A stretch of DNA of 64,000 nt. Source: an uncultured Clostridia bacterium. GTDB taxonomy: Bacteria; Bacillota; Clostridia; Christensenellales; CAG-314. The notes under the pieces are model-generated. The model was not told where the DNA came from and ran no database searches. It saw only the letters and a list, made by a program, of their open reading frames with translations. The position numbers and the translations under genes were made by a program. This document shows positions 47,415 through 57,639 of this stretch, one piece after another. The DNA lies in contig CANRHP010000005.1 in the NCBI GenBank assembly GCA_947630455.1, positions 7,536 to 71,535 on the forward strand, in the 5' to 3' direction. Every line of letters starts with the position of its first letter. Position 1 is the stretch's first letter.

Positions 47415-48098
47415 TTATGCCGCACCGAGCAAAAGCCCACCCTGCAAAAAGGTATCGGGCACTTTACCTATTATGACGCTTTCACACAATAATATAGGAG
47501 TATTTGTCTCTACCTCCGTATGAGAGGTAGGTAAGATCAGATCCACACGACTTACAACGTTCAGATAAATTCTGTGCAAGGTTTGATTTATACCCGCCGT
47601 CTCAAAAGTAGACGTAAAGCTGCACCCAACGTTTCCAATAGGTGATACCTTGACTGATACGGTCTCGCCTAACTCCGATAACAACGGAATACCGGACAGC
47701 GTTCCGATTGGAATATCTACTTCAAAAGGACCGAGTTCGGAAATCCTTTTTTGAGTAATTATAGCGGTATTACGCGCAAGCTGATTTACCAACACACTGT
47801 TTGCAGTGAGAAAAACGATATCGTTTTGTTCGTTTTTTTCCACATTTACAAATTGCGAAAAGTCGCTGTAGTCGGCAAGCACTATCGACACCGCATCGTT
47901 TATTGCCAACGTAGTTTCCGCCTTTAGTTTGGTTTGCGCAATATCCAAAATAATCGGATTCATAGATCTGCGATAAAAAAACAATGCTAAAAGTATGGCA
48001 AAAATAACCGTTAATGTTAAAATAATTGCCAACTTTCTTGTACGTTTGCGGCGTTTTTTCTGTTTTAAGCTTTTGCTCACAACCGAATAATGTGCCAT
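47415..48098 (-). CDS. yunB: sporulation protein YunB
   Basis: Basic N-terminus plus TM, then the YunB-like core (IPIGTLSGIPLLS..G..V.VKV.PIG.V...F.S.FE.AGINQT.H.IYL). AAAGGTGA SD. Confidence 0.8.
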   Translation of the reverse strand: MAHYSVVSKSLKQKKRRKRTRKLAIILTLTVIFAILLALFFYRRSMNPIILDIAQTKLKAETTLAINDAVSIVLADYSDFSQFVNVEKNEQNDIVFLTANSVLVNQLARNTAIITQKRISELGPFEVDIPIGTLSGIPLLSELGETVSVKVSPIGNVGCSFTSTFETAGINQTLHRIYLNVVSRVDLILPTSHTEVETNTPILLCESVIIGKVPDTFLQGGLLLGAA

Positions 48099-48144
48099 AA
48101 ATCACCTTTTTTCACATTATATTCGAGTCGATCGGCAAATGTTA

Positions 48145-48516
48145 CTAATTCTTTTTTGTACGCGGACGAAACAACACCGCCACAAGATATCCCGAAACTA
48201 TCGCTATACTGACTCCTGTTGCACAAGCTGCCAGTCCTCCGGTCAGTGCGCCGTACACACCGTCCTGTTTGGCAGCCTGCACAGCACCTCTTACCAAGGC
48301 ATAACCGAAACCGGAAATTGGCACGCTTGCGCCCGCACCCGCGAACTCCACCAGCGGACCGTACAATCCAAACCCTTCAAGTATTGCTCCCGCAATCAAA
48401 AAAAGCACCAGGATTTTGCCGTTTGTAAGGTGAGTATAATTTATTATTATTTGCCCGATGAGACATATTCCTCCTCCCACCAAGAACGCTTTTACAAACA
48501 TTAAAAATACATCCAT
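48145..48516 (-). CDS. spoVAE: stage V sporulation protein AE (SpoVAEb-type)
   Basis: 123-aa membrane protein with FAGAGASVPISGFG. Confidence 0.9.
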   Translation of the reverse strand: MDVFLMFVKAFLVGGGICLIGQIIINYTHLTNGKILVLFLIAGAILEGFGLYGPLVEFAGAGASVPISGFGYALVRGAVQAAKQDGVYGALTGGLAACATGVSIAIVSGYLVAVLFRPRTKKN

Positions 48517-49517
48517 TATGCTACAACCTCCACAAGATGTGTTATGGCGGGAATACTGTCCCCCTGAAAAGATGTGGTCGGACTCATCAATGCACCCGTC
48601 CCCGCAAGCAATATACGTTTGTATTCACAACGACGTAGGCGTCCCAACAGAACACTGTTGAAAATAAGCGCCGAGCATGCCGCCCCGCTGCCTCCTTGAT
48701 AGGTTTGTTGTTCATCCCAATAAAGAGACGCGCCGCAGTCATGATGTTGTGCCGAAATATCATAGCCTTCCTGTGCGGTCAGATCCAAAAGTATATCGCT
48801 GCCCAACTTGCCCAAATCTCCGGTAAAAATAACGTCGTAATCACCGGGTGAGGTTTCCGTATCCTTAAAAAAGGTTACCAAGGTATCGCAAGCAGACGGC
48901 GCCATTGCCGCTCCCATATTGTTTACATCCATAACCCCGTAGTCCAAAACACGCCCTAACGTGCCTCTTGTTATACGCGGTACTTTGTATTCGCTTTTAT
49001 TAGACAGCACCGTCGCTCCGACGCCTGTTGCCGTCCACTGAGTAACAGGAGAACGTAATACGCCAAGCTCCAAGGGATAACGGTACTGTCGCTCCGCAGT
49101 GGAAAAATGGCTTCCTGCCGCACAAACCACATTTTCCAATCCGTTGCTGAGCATCGCTGAACCTATAATAAGACTTTCAACAAAGGTGGCACAGGCATTG
49201 TAAATTCCCAAAAAACCGCTGTGAGTTTTTTTTGCCGCAAATGATGCCGACACGATCTGATTAAGCAAATCGCCTGCAATCAATGCGTCTATCTCACTTT
49301 CATCAAGATTCGCTTTGGATATTGCCCCCTCTATGGCATGTTCAAACATTTTTCGTTCCGCACGCTCAAATGTATTTTGAGCAAACATATCGCTTTCCAA
49401 CGCAAAGTCGAAAAAACCTTTGTAACGACCGTCATTTTCTTTCGGTCCTGCAACGGTATAACCCTCAATTACATAGGAGTTGGCAAAGTTAAGAGTTCGT
49501 TTTTTATAGTAGTCCAT
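48516..49517 (-). CDS. spoVAD: stage V sporulation protein AD
   Basis: 333-aa thiolase-like fold, sitting between spoVAC and spoVAE. Confidence 0.92.
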   Translation of the reverse strand: MDYYKKRTLNFANSYVIEGYTVAGPKENDGRYKGFFDFALESDMFAQNTFERAERKMFEHAIEGAISKANLDESEIDALIAGDLLNQIVSASFAAKKTHSGFLGIYNACATFVESLIIGSAMLSNGLENVVCAAGSHFSTAERQYRYPLELGVLRSPVTQWTATGVGATVLSNKSEYKVPRITRGTLGRVLDYGVMDVNNMGAAMAPSACDTLVTFFKDTETSPGDYDVIFTGDLGKLGSDILLDLTAQEGYDISAQHHDCGASLYWDEQQTYQGGSGAACSALIFNSVLLGRLRRCEYKRILLAGTGALMSPTTSFQGDSIPAITHLVEVVA

Positions 49518-49518
49518 C

Positions 49519-49968
49519 TTAACCTCCGAAAATCAACGTCAATAATGCAATAATTACGGAAATGGTCACTCCGTTGACAATAACGGGCCCTGCCACCAAA
49601 AACATTTTGGCGCCGACTCCGTAAATAAAACCTTCCGCACGAAATTCCAATGCGGGTGAAACCACTGCATTGGAAAATCCTGTTATCGGAATTGTCGAAC
49701 CGGCTCCCGCAAAACGTCCGATTCGATCATAAATTCCAAATCCGGTCATCATTGCCGCGAGAAATACTAATGTAGCCGAAGCAAGCACCGATGCATCCTG
49801 CATATTGAACCAAAGCGAATATAAATAGATAAATGCCTGCCCTATTGCGCAGATAACTCCACCTATACAAAAAGCCCAAAACATATTTTTCCAGTGAGAG
49901 CTTTTAGGCATTTTTTCAAAAACATAAGCCTTGTAATTTTCTCTTGTGATTTCCCTGTTAGCTTCCAT
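49519..49968 (-). CDS. spoVAC: stage V sporulation protein AC
   Basis: Aligns along its whole length with B. subtilis SpoVAC as I remember it (TGFGIYDRIGRFAGAGSTIPITGF). Confidence 0.92.
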   Translation of the reverse strand: MEANREITRENYKAYVFEKMPKSSHWKNMFWAFCIGGVICAIGQAFIYLYSLWFNMQDASVLASATLVFLAAMMTGFGIYDRIGRFAGAGSTIPITGFSNAVVSPALEFRAEGFIYGVGAKMFLVAGPVIVNGVTISVIIALLTLIFGG

Positions 49969-50220
49969 ATCCGATATAACCTACTTTTTACTGATTTCTG
50001 TATTTTTATTTTGTAAATCAAATTGTTCGGGGAATAAGCTTTCCCTTTCATCACTGTTGCTGCCATATTTCCTTTCCTTAGGATATTTCATAGTTTCATT
50101 GTTGACATATACATATTTTTTTATGCATAAAAAAAGTTAACTAAACATTTCGTTTTGACTACTATGTCTGCAATAATATTATGTAAAATCACAAAAATGA
50201 GAGTAGTAAAACTAAAATTA

Positions 50221-50252
50221 CAAAAAATTCCGCCAAGCTAACTCGGCGGAAG
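50221..50252 (-). terminator. glgA terminator
   Basis: TTCCGCC ... GGCGGAA followed by TTTTTTG on the - strand. Confidence 0.65.
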
Positions 50253-50275
50253 ATATCAAATAGTGAAAATTTGCG

Positions 50276-51712
50276 TTAATTCGTGGATATCAATTCATTA
50301 TATAAGGTATTATAACCCTCTGCGGATACATTCCAGCTGAAATCCGTTGTCATTGCCTTTTGGATCAAAGTGTGCCAAGCAGCTTTATCGCGATATAGCT
50401 CTAACGCTTGTTTTAGCACATATAACATATCGTTAGCGTTGTAATTGGCAAAGGTAAACCCGTTGCCGTCAGCACCGTAGGGCTTTATGCTGTCTTTAAG
50501 TCCACCCGTCTCACGCACCAGCGCTACCGTACCGTAACGAGACGCAATCATTTGCGCAAGTCCGCAGGGTTCACTCTGCGATGGCATGAGAAAAACATCT
50601 GCACCGGAATAAATTTGTCTGGACAACTCGGGGTTAAATGCAATTACTGCAGCAACCTGTTGGGGATGTCGTGCTGCCAAATCGGCAAAAAAATGCTCAT
50701 AGTGCCCCTCACCCGTGCCCAGAATAACAAACTGCATGTCATTTTCCAAGGCTTTATCTATTACAGCTGTTACAAGATCAAGTCCTTTGTGGGCTGCCAA
50801 TCGCGTTATCATGGCAACTATCGGGGTATTGGGTCTGACTTGTAAATTCAGCATTCGCTGCAGCTGTTCCTTGCAGACTGCTTTCGGGGAGAGATTTTTC
50901 TCATCATACACTGCATAAACCGCTTTATCCGTGGCAGGATTGTAGTAATCCGAATCAATACCGTTTAGTATACCAATCAACTTGCCTTCGTTGCGTCGAA
51001 TAATGGCGTCAAGTCCGTGAGCAAAATATGGATTTTTAATTTCATCCGCATATGTCGGAGAAACAGTTGTAAAACGATCGCAACATTCGATTGCACCTTT
51101 CATAAGATTTATGCAGCCGTTATATTCCACCAATCCTTGATAATACGCGTCAATACCAAAAAGCCACTGCAAATTATCGAGCGAATATTTGCCCTGATAT
51201 TCTATATTATGAATTGTGAAAACGGTTTTTATATCGCGGTATTTTTCCGTACGGCAATATATTGTTTTAAGATAAATAAGCGCAAGCGCCGCCTGCCAAT
51301 CGTGACAATGAAGTACTTCGGGGAAGAAGTCCACCATCGGCAGCAATTCCATTATACTACGACCGAAAAAGGCAAATCTTTCTCCGTCATCAAAGTGACC
51401 GTAAAGCCCCTTGCGCTTGAAATAATATTCGTTGTCAACGAAATAATACGTTACTCCGTCATGCTCGCAGCGAAAAAAACCGCAATATTGATTGCGCCAA
51501 GCGACAGGCACCGTTGTATTACCCAAAAAAGTAAACTGACTCCGCAGCTCCGGCTTTATGTCGGCATAAAGAGGCAACACAACGCGTACATCGTAATCGC
51601 CGCGACGTACAAGCGTTTTAGAGAGTGAACCTACCACCTCGGCAAGTCCCCCGGTTGCGATAAACGGAGTTGCTTCCGAAGCAACAAACAGAATTTTCTT
51701 TTTGTTTTTCAT
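50276..51712 (-). CDS. glgA: glycogen synthase
   Basis: Start at MKNKKKILFVASEATPFIATGGLAEV behind AAGGAG. The track's 31-codon extension was trimmed. Confidence 0.95.
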   Translation of the reverse strand: MKNKKKILFVASEATPFIATGGLAEVVGSLSKTLVRRGDYDVRVVLPLYADIKPELRSQFTFLGNTTVPVAWRNQYCGFFRCEHDGVTYYFVDNEYYFKRKGLYGHFDDGERFAFFGRSIMELLPMVDFFPEVLHCHDWQAALALIYLKTIYCRTEKYRDIKTVFTIHNIEYQGKYSLDNLQWLFGIDAYYQGLVEYNGCINLMKGAIECCDRFTTVSPTYADEIKNPYFAHGLDAIIRRNEGKLIGILNGIDSDYYNPATDKAVYAVYDEKNLSPKAVCKEQLQRMLNLQVRPNTPIVAMITRLAAHKGLDLVTAVIDKALENDMQFVILGTGEGHYEHFFADLAARHPQQVAAVIAFNPELSRQIYSGADVFLMPSQSEPCGLAQMIASRYGTVALVRETGGLKDSIKPYGADGNGFTFANYNANDMLYVLKQALELYRDKAAWHTLIQKAMTTDFSWNVSAEGYNTLYNELISTN

Positions 51713-51725
51713 TAACCTATCTCCT

Positions 51726-52838
51726 TTACAACATTTTGCCTTTGGCAATAAAGTACGGCAATTCCTCACACCCCGCAAAATGCCGTCTATCGCGTATAAC
51801 AACATTTTTATCGGTGATCACGCAATCCAAACGCACATTCGAGCCAATAGTCGTTTCCTGCATAAGCACTGAGTTGCGGACAACACTCCCCTTGCCTACT
51901 CTTACTCCGCGGAACAAGATACTGTTTTCCACGGTGCCCTCTATTGTGCAGCCGTCGGAAATTAGCGAATTTTTAACTATTGCTCCTTCAATATACTTTG
52001 ACGGCGCGGAATCACGAACCTTTGTGTAGATATCTCTTGCACCGAACAACTCGTCTCTTATGTTTTTATCAAGCATATCCATGCTTGCTTTGAAATAGAC
52101 CGGCAGCGACGCCATGCCCGCATAGTAGCCCTCGAATTTGTAACCGTAGATTTTGATAGACCCCACATTCTTTGACAAAATATCCCTGCCAAAGCTCGAA
52201 TAACCGCTTTGCACCGCATTTTGAATGATGTTCATTAAATATTCACGCTGTATTACCATCACATTGATGTAAAGGTTGATCTTTTTGCCACTCGGCTTCG
52301 GGTTTATCTGCACGGATTTTACGCGTCCTGTTTCGTCCGGTTCCAAGGTCATAAAATAGTGAGATTCCGTCCCCGAAGATTCATGGTAGACCATAGTGAT
52401 ATCCGCCCGGGATTCTTCATGAAAGCGAATCACATCCGCCACATCCAAACGAGCTATACCGTCGCCGTCATAAAGAACGACATAGTCCTCGTTTCTGTGC
52501 CGCAAAAAACCTGTAATTCCCTTTAACGCTTCCAATCTGTTGGTGTAAGGCGCGTCTGATTCGTTGCTATAGGGCGGCAATAAAATAATACCACCATCCT
52601 TACGTGCCAAATCCCACTCTTTGCCGCTTCCGATATGATCAATCAATGACTGATAGTTGTTTTTTGTGACGATCCCAACCGTTGTGATGCCTGCATTTAC
52701 AAGATTGCTCAGAGCAAAGTCGATAAGCCGATATCTGCCTGCAAAAGGAATAGAGGCGATTGCTCTCAACGCGGATAATTCCGGTACATTTTTGTCTTGT
52801 ACGTTGCTAAACACTACACCCACTGCCGAACGTGCCAT
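51726..52838 (-). CDS. glgD: glucose-1-phosphate adenylyltransferase subunit GlgD
   Basis: Resembles GlgC but lacks the GGxGxRL loop (AIASIPFAGRYRLIDFALSN). Lies between glgC and glgA. Start at MARSAVG behind AAGGGGGA. Confidence 0.87.
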   Translation of the reverse strand: MARSAVGVVFSNVQDKNVPELSALRAIASIPFAGRYRLIDFALSNLVNAGITTVGIVTKNNYQSLIDHIGSGKEWDLARKDGGIILLPPYSNESDAPYTNRLEALKGITGFLRHRNEDYVVLYDGDGIARLDVADVIRFHEESRADITMVYHESSGTESHYFMTLEPDETGRVKSVQINPKPSGKKINLYINVMVIQREYLMNIIQNAVQSGYSSFGRDILSKNVGSIKIYGYKFEGYYAGMASLPVYFKASMDMLDKNIRDELFGARDIYTKVRDSAPSKYIEGAIVKNSLISDGCTIEGTVENSILFRGVRVGKGSVVRNSVLMQETTIGSNVRLDCVITDKNVVIRDRRHFAGCEELPYFIAKGKML

Positions 52839-52842
52839 ATCA

Positions 52843-54039
52843 TCAGTCCCCCTTGTAGTCCTTGTCAATTATTTTACCGCTATCAACATGCACGCCGTCA
52901 GCAACGGTAATGTTTCGTCCCAATACGGTTATTCCCTGCGCTTGTTTTCTTTCTTCACCAACAAAAACATTATTTCCCACAGTTACATTTTCATCTATTA
53001 CAGAATAGTAAACTTGTGCACCGCTTTTTATGACTGTACCCGACATAATTACGCTGTCTTCCACTACGGCGCCTTTTTCCACTATTACATTGCTTGACAA
53101 AATCGAATTTTTAACCTTACCGCCTATTTCACAGCCCAATGCTATCATACAATTGTCCACTTCTCCCGTGTCACTGATGTATTCCGGCGGAGCAAGCGGG
53201 TTGCGCGAGTGTATCTTCCAGGTCGGATCGGACACATCAAATGCCGGATCTACTCCCAACAAGTCCATATTGGATTCCCAAAGTGCAGGGATTGTTCCCA
53301 CGTCCTTCCAATATCCCTCGAAGCGATAAGAAAACATTTTTTCACCGGCATTTAACATACGCGGCAACACATCCTTTCCAAAGTCCTTACTGGAATTAGT
53401 ATCTTGCTCGTCCTCTTCAAGATATTTGTAAAGCTTGTCCGCAGAAAACACATAGATACCCATGGACGCCAGATTGCTTTTGGGAATCTTTGGTTTTTCC
53501 TCAAACTGGTAAATCGATCCATCTTCACGAACGTTTAATATCCCAAAGCGCGAAGCCTCCTCCAACGGTACTTCTATTGCCGCAATCGTGCAGGCTGCTC
53601 CCGTTTCAACATGCGCAAGCAACATTTTTGCATAGTTCATTTTGTAAATATGATCGCCGGAAAGAATCAGTACATAGTCGGGGTTATACTTTTTCATAAA
53701 ACTCATATTTTGATAGATTGCATTTGCCGTGCCCTCGTACCAGGATGATTTTTTCTTCGCCTGATAAGGCGGCAAAATATGTATTCCGCCAAAACTGCGG
53801 TCAAGATCCCATGGCTGACCGTTACCGATGTATTCATTGAGCTCAAGCGGTTCATACTGTGTCAAAACGCCTACCGTATCTATACCGGAATTAACACAGT
53901 TGCTCAGCGGAAAATCAATTATACGATACTTTGCGCCAAATGCAACTGCAGGCTTGGCGATATTGTTTGTAAGAGCGTATAGTCTGCTGCCCTGTCCTCC
54001 GGCAAGCAGCATTGCGACACATTCTTTTTTTCGTTGCAT
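52843..54039 (-). CDS. glgC: glucose-1-phosphate adenylyltransferase
   Basis: [30 protein letters not shown] and a C-terminal left-handed beta-helix. GAGGAGG SD. Confidence 0.95.
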   Translation of the reverse strand: MQRKKECVAMLLAGGQGSRLYALTNNIAKPAVAFGAKYRIIDFPLSNCVNSGIDTVGVLTQYEPLELNEYIGNGQPWDLDRSFGGIHILPPYQAKKKSSWYEGTANAIYQNMSFMKKYNPDYVLILSGDHIYKMNYAKMLLAHVETGAACTIAAIEVPLEEASRFGILNVREDGSIYQFEEKPKIPKSNLASMGIYVFSADKLYKYLEEDEQDTNSSKDFGKDVLPRMLNAGEKMFSYRFEGYWKDVGTIPALWESNMDLLGVDPAFDVSDPTWKIHSRNPLAPPEYISDTGEVDNCMIALGCEIGGKVKNSILSSNVIVEKGAVVEDSVIMSGTVIKSGAQVYYSVIDENVTVGNNVFVGEERKQAQGITVLGRNITVADGVHVDSGKIIDKDYKGD

Positions 54040-54050
54040 AAACGCCTCCT

Positions 54051-54080
54051 CGTGATGATCTGTACCTACCCATCATCACG
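54051..54080 (-). promoter_or_regulatory. 5'-UTR hairpin abutting the glgC SD
   Basis: Perfect 9-bp stem CGUGAUGAU/AUCAUCACG with a 12-nt loop. Its 3' arm is directly followed by AGGAGG. Confidence 0.45.
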
Positions 54081-54098
54081 TCATTTCTTTATAATTGA

Positions 54099-54127
54099 AT
54101 TATATCATACTCAATTTTGCTTTTCCA
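54099..54127 (-). promoter_or_regulatory. possible glgC promoter with an extended -10
   Basis: TGGAAA, 17 nt spacer, TATAAT, where the last 3 spacer nt are TGA and give the extended -10 TGATATAAT. Confidence 0.4.
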
Positions 54128-54171
54128 TACTTATTGAAAAAAAAAACTGATTTTTTTATTGGTTAAACTCC

Positions 54172-54210
54172 AATTCAAAACAAAAAGGCTCCCCCATTTG
54201 AGAAGCCTTT
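54172..54210 (-). terminator. scpB terminator
   Basis: AAAGGCT ... AGCCTTT followed by TTGTTTTG on the - strand. Confidence 0.6.
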
Positions 54211-54227
54211 GAATATTAGAAAAACGG

Positions 54228-54851
54228 TTATTCAACTTTTTTAACGTCTTCGCCTGCCAAAAAATCGGGAACCTCCTCTACATTATCAAACATCGTTTTT
54301 TCCACTACCTCTACATGAGTATCGGAGCTCAGTTGTTGCAGTTTATCAAGCAATGTTTCATAATCAGGCAAATCCTTCACGTCGCTGATTGAAAAACGTT
54401 TAAGAAATTCGTCTGTAGTTGCAAAGAGCAGCGGTTTGCCTATCGTATCTTTGCGACCTACACACTCGACAAGTCCGAGCCTCACAAGGTTCTGTACAGA
54501 ATAAGTACAATCAACACTACGTATTTCCTCTACCTCTATGCGCGTGACAGGCTGCTTGTAAGCGATAATCGCCAACGTTTCCAACATAGCATTAGTAAGT
54601 TCTTTTTCCTTTATAGGATTGAGAACCGCCTCTACCTCCTTTGCATAGTTGGGATTTGTTGCAAACTGCAGTTTTTTGTTGAATTGCAGTAAGTGAATTC
54701 CGCTGTCACCGCTGTATTTGGTCAGCAGCTCTGTTATGGCGGAGGAAAACTCCTTATCGCCCGCGCCGAGCTTTTCCTTAAGAAATTTTTCTTCGATCGC
54801 TTTGCCGGACACAAAAAGCACTGATTCAATTTGATTACTCAACAGACTCAT
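54228..54851 (-). CDS. scpB: segregation and condensation protein B
   Basis: IESVLFVSGKAI ... LETLAIIAYKQPVTR.EVE.IR. Confidence 0.93.
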   Translation of the reverse strand: MSLLSNQIESVLFVSGKAIEEKFLKEKLGAGDKEFSSAITELLTKYSGDSGIHLLQFNKKLQFATNPNYAKEVEAVLNPIKEKELTNAMLETLAIIAYKQPVTRIEVEEIRSVDCTYSVQNLVRLGLVECVGRKDTIGKPLLFATTDEFLKRFSISDVKDLPDYETLLDKLQQLSSDTHVEVVEKTMFDNVEEVPDFLAGEDVKKVE

Positions 54852-55644
54852 AATCGTCTCCTATCACCGCCTCGATGCCGTCGCTGTCGGGGCGTTTTTC
54901 AATAACTATCTCTTCAAAAAGACCATTTTGTACAACTCGAATAATTTGAAGCTTCAGCAGCTCCAAAACCGCCAAAAATGTTGTTACAATTTCATTTTTA
55001 TCGGCGTTTTCATCAAATAGCTGACTCATTGTAAAACGATCTTCAACAAGCAAAATTTCTCGAATGTAAGCAATTTTTTGCGGCACCGAAAAGCTTTCCT
55101 TCACAATTGCGCGAGATACGTTTTCCGCGGCATTTTTTACCTGCATCCGCATCAAAAATTTGCCGAACGCCTCAATAAAGCCTTCAATACTGAGATTTTC
55201 CTTCACTACCGTAACTTCTTTACCGACATTTTTATCCGGCTCACGGTAAAATCTATCGACATTTTCCTGTTCCTTCAGTTCACCTACGATCTCCTTAAAC
55301 AATTTGTACTCCTCTAACTGCCTGATTAAAACTTTTTCAGGAGATTCGTCATCCTCGTTTTCTATCAAAATCGGCAATAATGCTCTTGACTTAATTTCCA
55401 GCAATGTCGCAGCCATTGACATATATTCACTGGCTTGATCGACATCCAAATCGGAAATTTGGTCCATATAATGCAAAAACTGTTCGGTAACTTGCGAAAC
55501 GAAAATGTCCTTTATTTCTATTTTATTTTCTTTGACAAGAGCTAACAACAAGTCAAGAGGACCGTTAAAGTTGGTCAATTTCAGCTCAAGCTCGGGCTTT
55601 TGCTCATCGAATATATATTGCTGCTGCAGTTTTTCTTCAGACAC
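54835..55644 (-). CDS. scpA: segregation and condensation protein A
   Basis: L.NF.GPLDLLL.LV....I.I.DI.V..VT.QFL. Overlaps the scpB start. Confidence 0.93.
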   Translation of the reverse strand: MSEEKLQQQYIFDEQKPELELKLTNFNGPLDLLLALVKENKIEIKDIFVSQVTEQFLHYMDQISDLDVDQASEYMSMAATLLEIKSRALLPILIENEDDESPEKVLIRQLEEYKLFKEIVGELKEQENVDRFYREPDKNVGKEVTVVKENLSIEGFIEAFGKFLMRMQVKNAAENVSRAIVKESFSVPQKIAYIREILLVEDRFTMSQLFDENADKNEIVTTFLAVLELLKLQIIRVVQNGLFEEIVIEKRPDSDGIEAVIGDDYESVE

Positions 55645-56353
55645 GGAAAATCAACCTCCAGAATGCCTCAAAACCATTGTTTATCTTATTGCCAAGCCAA
55701 CCTATGTAAAGATTTAACGGCGAGTAATTGCTTACATACGGAATATAGTTGAGCACAACAAACCCCAACAATATATACAAGCTGTATTTACGCAAAAAGG
55801 TCATAAAACCGTTTCGTTCATATACAAAACAGCTAAGCAGCCTGTAACCGTCCAGAGGATATAACGGCAAAATGTTGAAAAGCGCAAAATTAACATTAAG
55901 ACGCATTGTAAGCAGACACAAAGCATAACAAAAATATACAAAATAGTACATTGAAGAATAGGGAACTACTTGTATACTGCTAAACAGCACGGCGCCCATT
56001 GCAAACAAAAACGCCAGAAACAGATTTGTAATCACTCCGGCTATAGATACAGTTATACAGCCCAACTTGCGTTTTTTAAAATTGTTTGGATCGATTGGCA
56101 CAGGCTTTGCCCAACCGAACCCAACCAAAACCATCATCACCAGACCTATCCAGTCGAAGTGCTTCAGTGGATTGAGGCTGAGTCTACCATACATCTTTGC
56201 TGTTTGATCACCGTTCCACAAGGCGACAAGTCCGTGCGCTATTTCATGCAAGATCAGCGCCATAAGCAACGCAGGGATAAAAGCGACGACATTCAGCAAT
56301 CCTTCGCGGGTAATTTCTTGTCCGCCGTTGGTCAATAGCCGATAAATATACAT
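55637..56353 (-). CDS. M50 (site-2 protease family) membrane metalloprotease
   Basis: HEIAHGLVA motif, multiple TM segments, and LNPLKHFD. Confidence 0.85.
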   Translation of the reverse strand: MYIYRLLTNGGQEITREGLLNVVAFIPALLMALILHEIAHGLVALWNGDQTAKMYGRLSLNPLKHFDWIGLVMMVLVGFGWAKPVPIDPNNFKKRKLGCITVSIAGVITNLFLAFLFAMGAVLFSSIQVVPYSSMYYFVYFCYALCLLTMRLNVNFALFNILPLYPLDGYRLLSCFVYERNGFMTFLRKYSLYILLGFVVLNYIPYVSNYSPLNLYIGWLGNKINNGFEAFWRLIFRV

Positions 56354-56427
56354 ATGGATATTGTAGCAAACTCTGTCAATAAAGTCAATATTATATGATA
56401 TAATTAAAATATATACTCTAAGCTAAG

Positions 56428-56460
56428 AAAATAAAAACAGCGATATTTCTACCGCTGTTT
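56428..56460 (-). terminator. terminator of the carboxypeptidase gene
   Basis: AACAGCG ... CGCTGTT followed by TTTATTTT on the - strand. Confidence 0.6.
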
Positions 56461-56471
56461 TCTTATTGTTG

Positions 56472-57614
56472 CTAACGTTCGCAAACGATATCTCTTATAT
56501 AATCCCAATAGGTTTTTGCATTGACATCTGTCTTTGCGACAAGATTGACTTCATCAATAACCTTACCATCAACATCCGTCAACTGCGCCGTACCCAACCT
56601 ATCTCCTTTTACTATGGGTGCTTTAACATTATCGGGCAAATTTACGTTCAATTTAACGTACACACTACCTTTTTTCCCGAATGCAATAAGCTTTCCGTCC
56701 GCCTTGATTCCAACTGTTTCACTTTTTCCTCCCTGTACCGATACTTCGTCCAACACAGAATTTCCGTCCAGGTATACCTTACTTTCATAGTTAGCAAACG
56801 CATAGTTAAACATTTCGCTCACTTCCTTAAAGCGTGTTTTACTGTCCGGAGCTCCTACAACAACCGCAATAACGCGTGTATCTCCGCGCTTAGCTGTAGC
56901 AGCTAAACAATGCTGTGCCTCTGATGTATAGCCCGTCTTTCCACCATCACAACCATCATAAAAACGTATAAGTTTATTTGTATTAGTCATTCCTGTGATA
57001 CGACCGGAAGGATGAACAAAATCTTCCATCCAAATATTTGAACAGGTAAAATAATGCGGATGCTCGATAAGCTTACTGAGCATAATTCCCACATCCTTTG
57101 CGCAGGAATATTGACTGATAGCCGGCAAACCGGTGCAATTTTCAAAATGAGTTGCCACAAGACCAAGCTGTTCAGCTTTGTTATTCATGGTTTCTACAAA
57201 ACCTTCAACACTGCCGCATACATGTTCCGCTACGGCAACGCAGCTGTCGTTGGCAGAGCAAACTACGATTGATTTTATCAGATTTTCCAATTTGTAAGTG
57301 GCATTGGCATCCAAAAACACCTGCGAACCGCCCATAGACGCTGCGCGTTGACTTGCTATCACATCGTCTCCAAGTGAAATTTTACCGGCATCAATCGCGT
57401 CATAGGTACACAGAAGGGTCATGATCTTAGTCATGCTGGCGATAGGACGTTTGTCGGTAGCATTGTGCTCAAAAAGCACTTGCCCATCCTCTGACATAAG
57501 CACCGCTTCCTTTGCCGTAATATTCAGTCCCGTTGTTTCCGCACAAGCGGCTATAGGCACAATAGTTGCAACAAGCAGCACAACGGCAAACACAAACATA
57601 AAAAACTTTTTCAT
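56472..57614 (-). CDS. D-alanyl-D-alanine carboxypeptidase (S11, DacB/DacF-like)
   Basis: Signal peptide, SxxK as ASMTKIMT, SAND (SxN), KTGYT, and a C-terminal beta-sandwich. Confidence 0.9.
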   Translation of the reverse strand: MKKFFMFVFAVVLLVATIVPIAACAETTGLNITAKEAVLMSEDGQVLFEHNATDKRPIASMTKIMTLLCTYDAIDAGKISLGDDVIASQRAASMGGSQVFLDANATYKLENLIKSIVVCSANDSCVAVAEHVCGSVEGFVETMNNKAEQLGLVATHFENCTGLPAISQYSCAKDVGIMLSKLIEHPHYFTCSNIWMEDFVHPSGRITGMTNTNKLIRFYDGCDGGKTGYTSEAQHCLAATAKRGDTRVIAVVVGAPDSKTRFKEVSEMFNYAFANYESKVYLDGNSVLDEVSVQGGKSETVGIKADGKLIAFGKKGSVYVKLNVNLPDNVKAPIVKGDRLGTAQLTDVDGKVIDEVNLVAKTDVNAKTYWDYIRDIVCER

Positions 57615-57639
57615 ACACGACTCCTATATTGTTTGCCGT

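Noticed and set aside
49863-50066. 67-aa ORF with a good SD (AAGGAAAGGAAATATG) upstream of and overlapping spoVAC.
   Set aside because: It overlaps the well-supported spoVAC N-terminus by 106 nt in another frame. The sequence is basic and low-complexity. It is more likely just part of the spoVA leader.
49969-50115. Search for a sigmaG/sigmaF promoter for spoVAC-D-E (e.g. GTATA-17-TGAAATA, GCATA-18-AACAATG).
   Set aside because: None of the candidates matches the -10 consensus CATxxTA acceptably, so none is reported as a feature.
50162-50189. dif-like sequence. TTATGTAAAAT matches the XerD arm of B. subtilis dif (TTATGTAAACT) at 10 of 11 positions.
   Set aside because: The presumptive XerC arm (CTATGTCTGCA) does not resemble ACTTCCTAGAA. 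A single AT-rich 11-mer match is weak. The surrounding genes all point the same way, so there is no sign of a terminus here.
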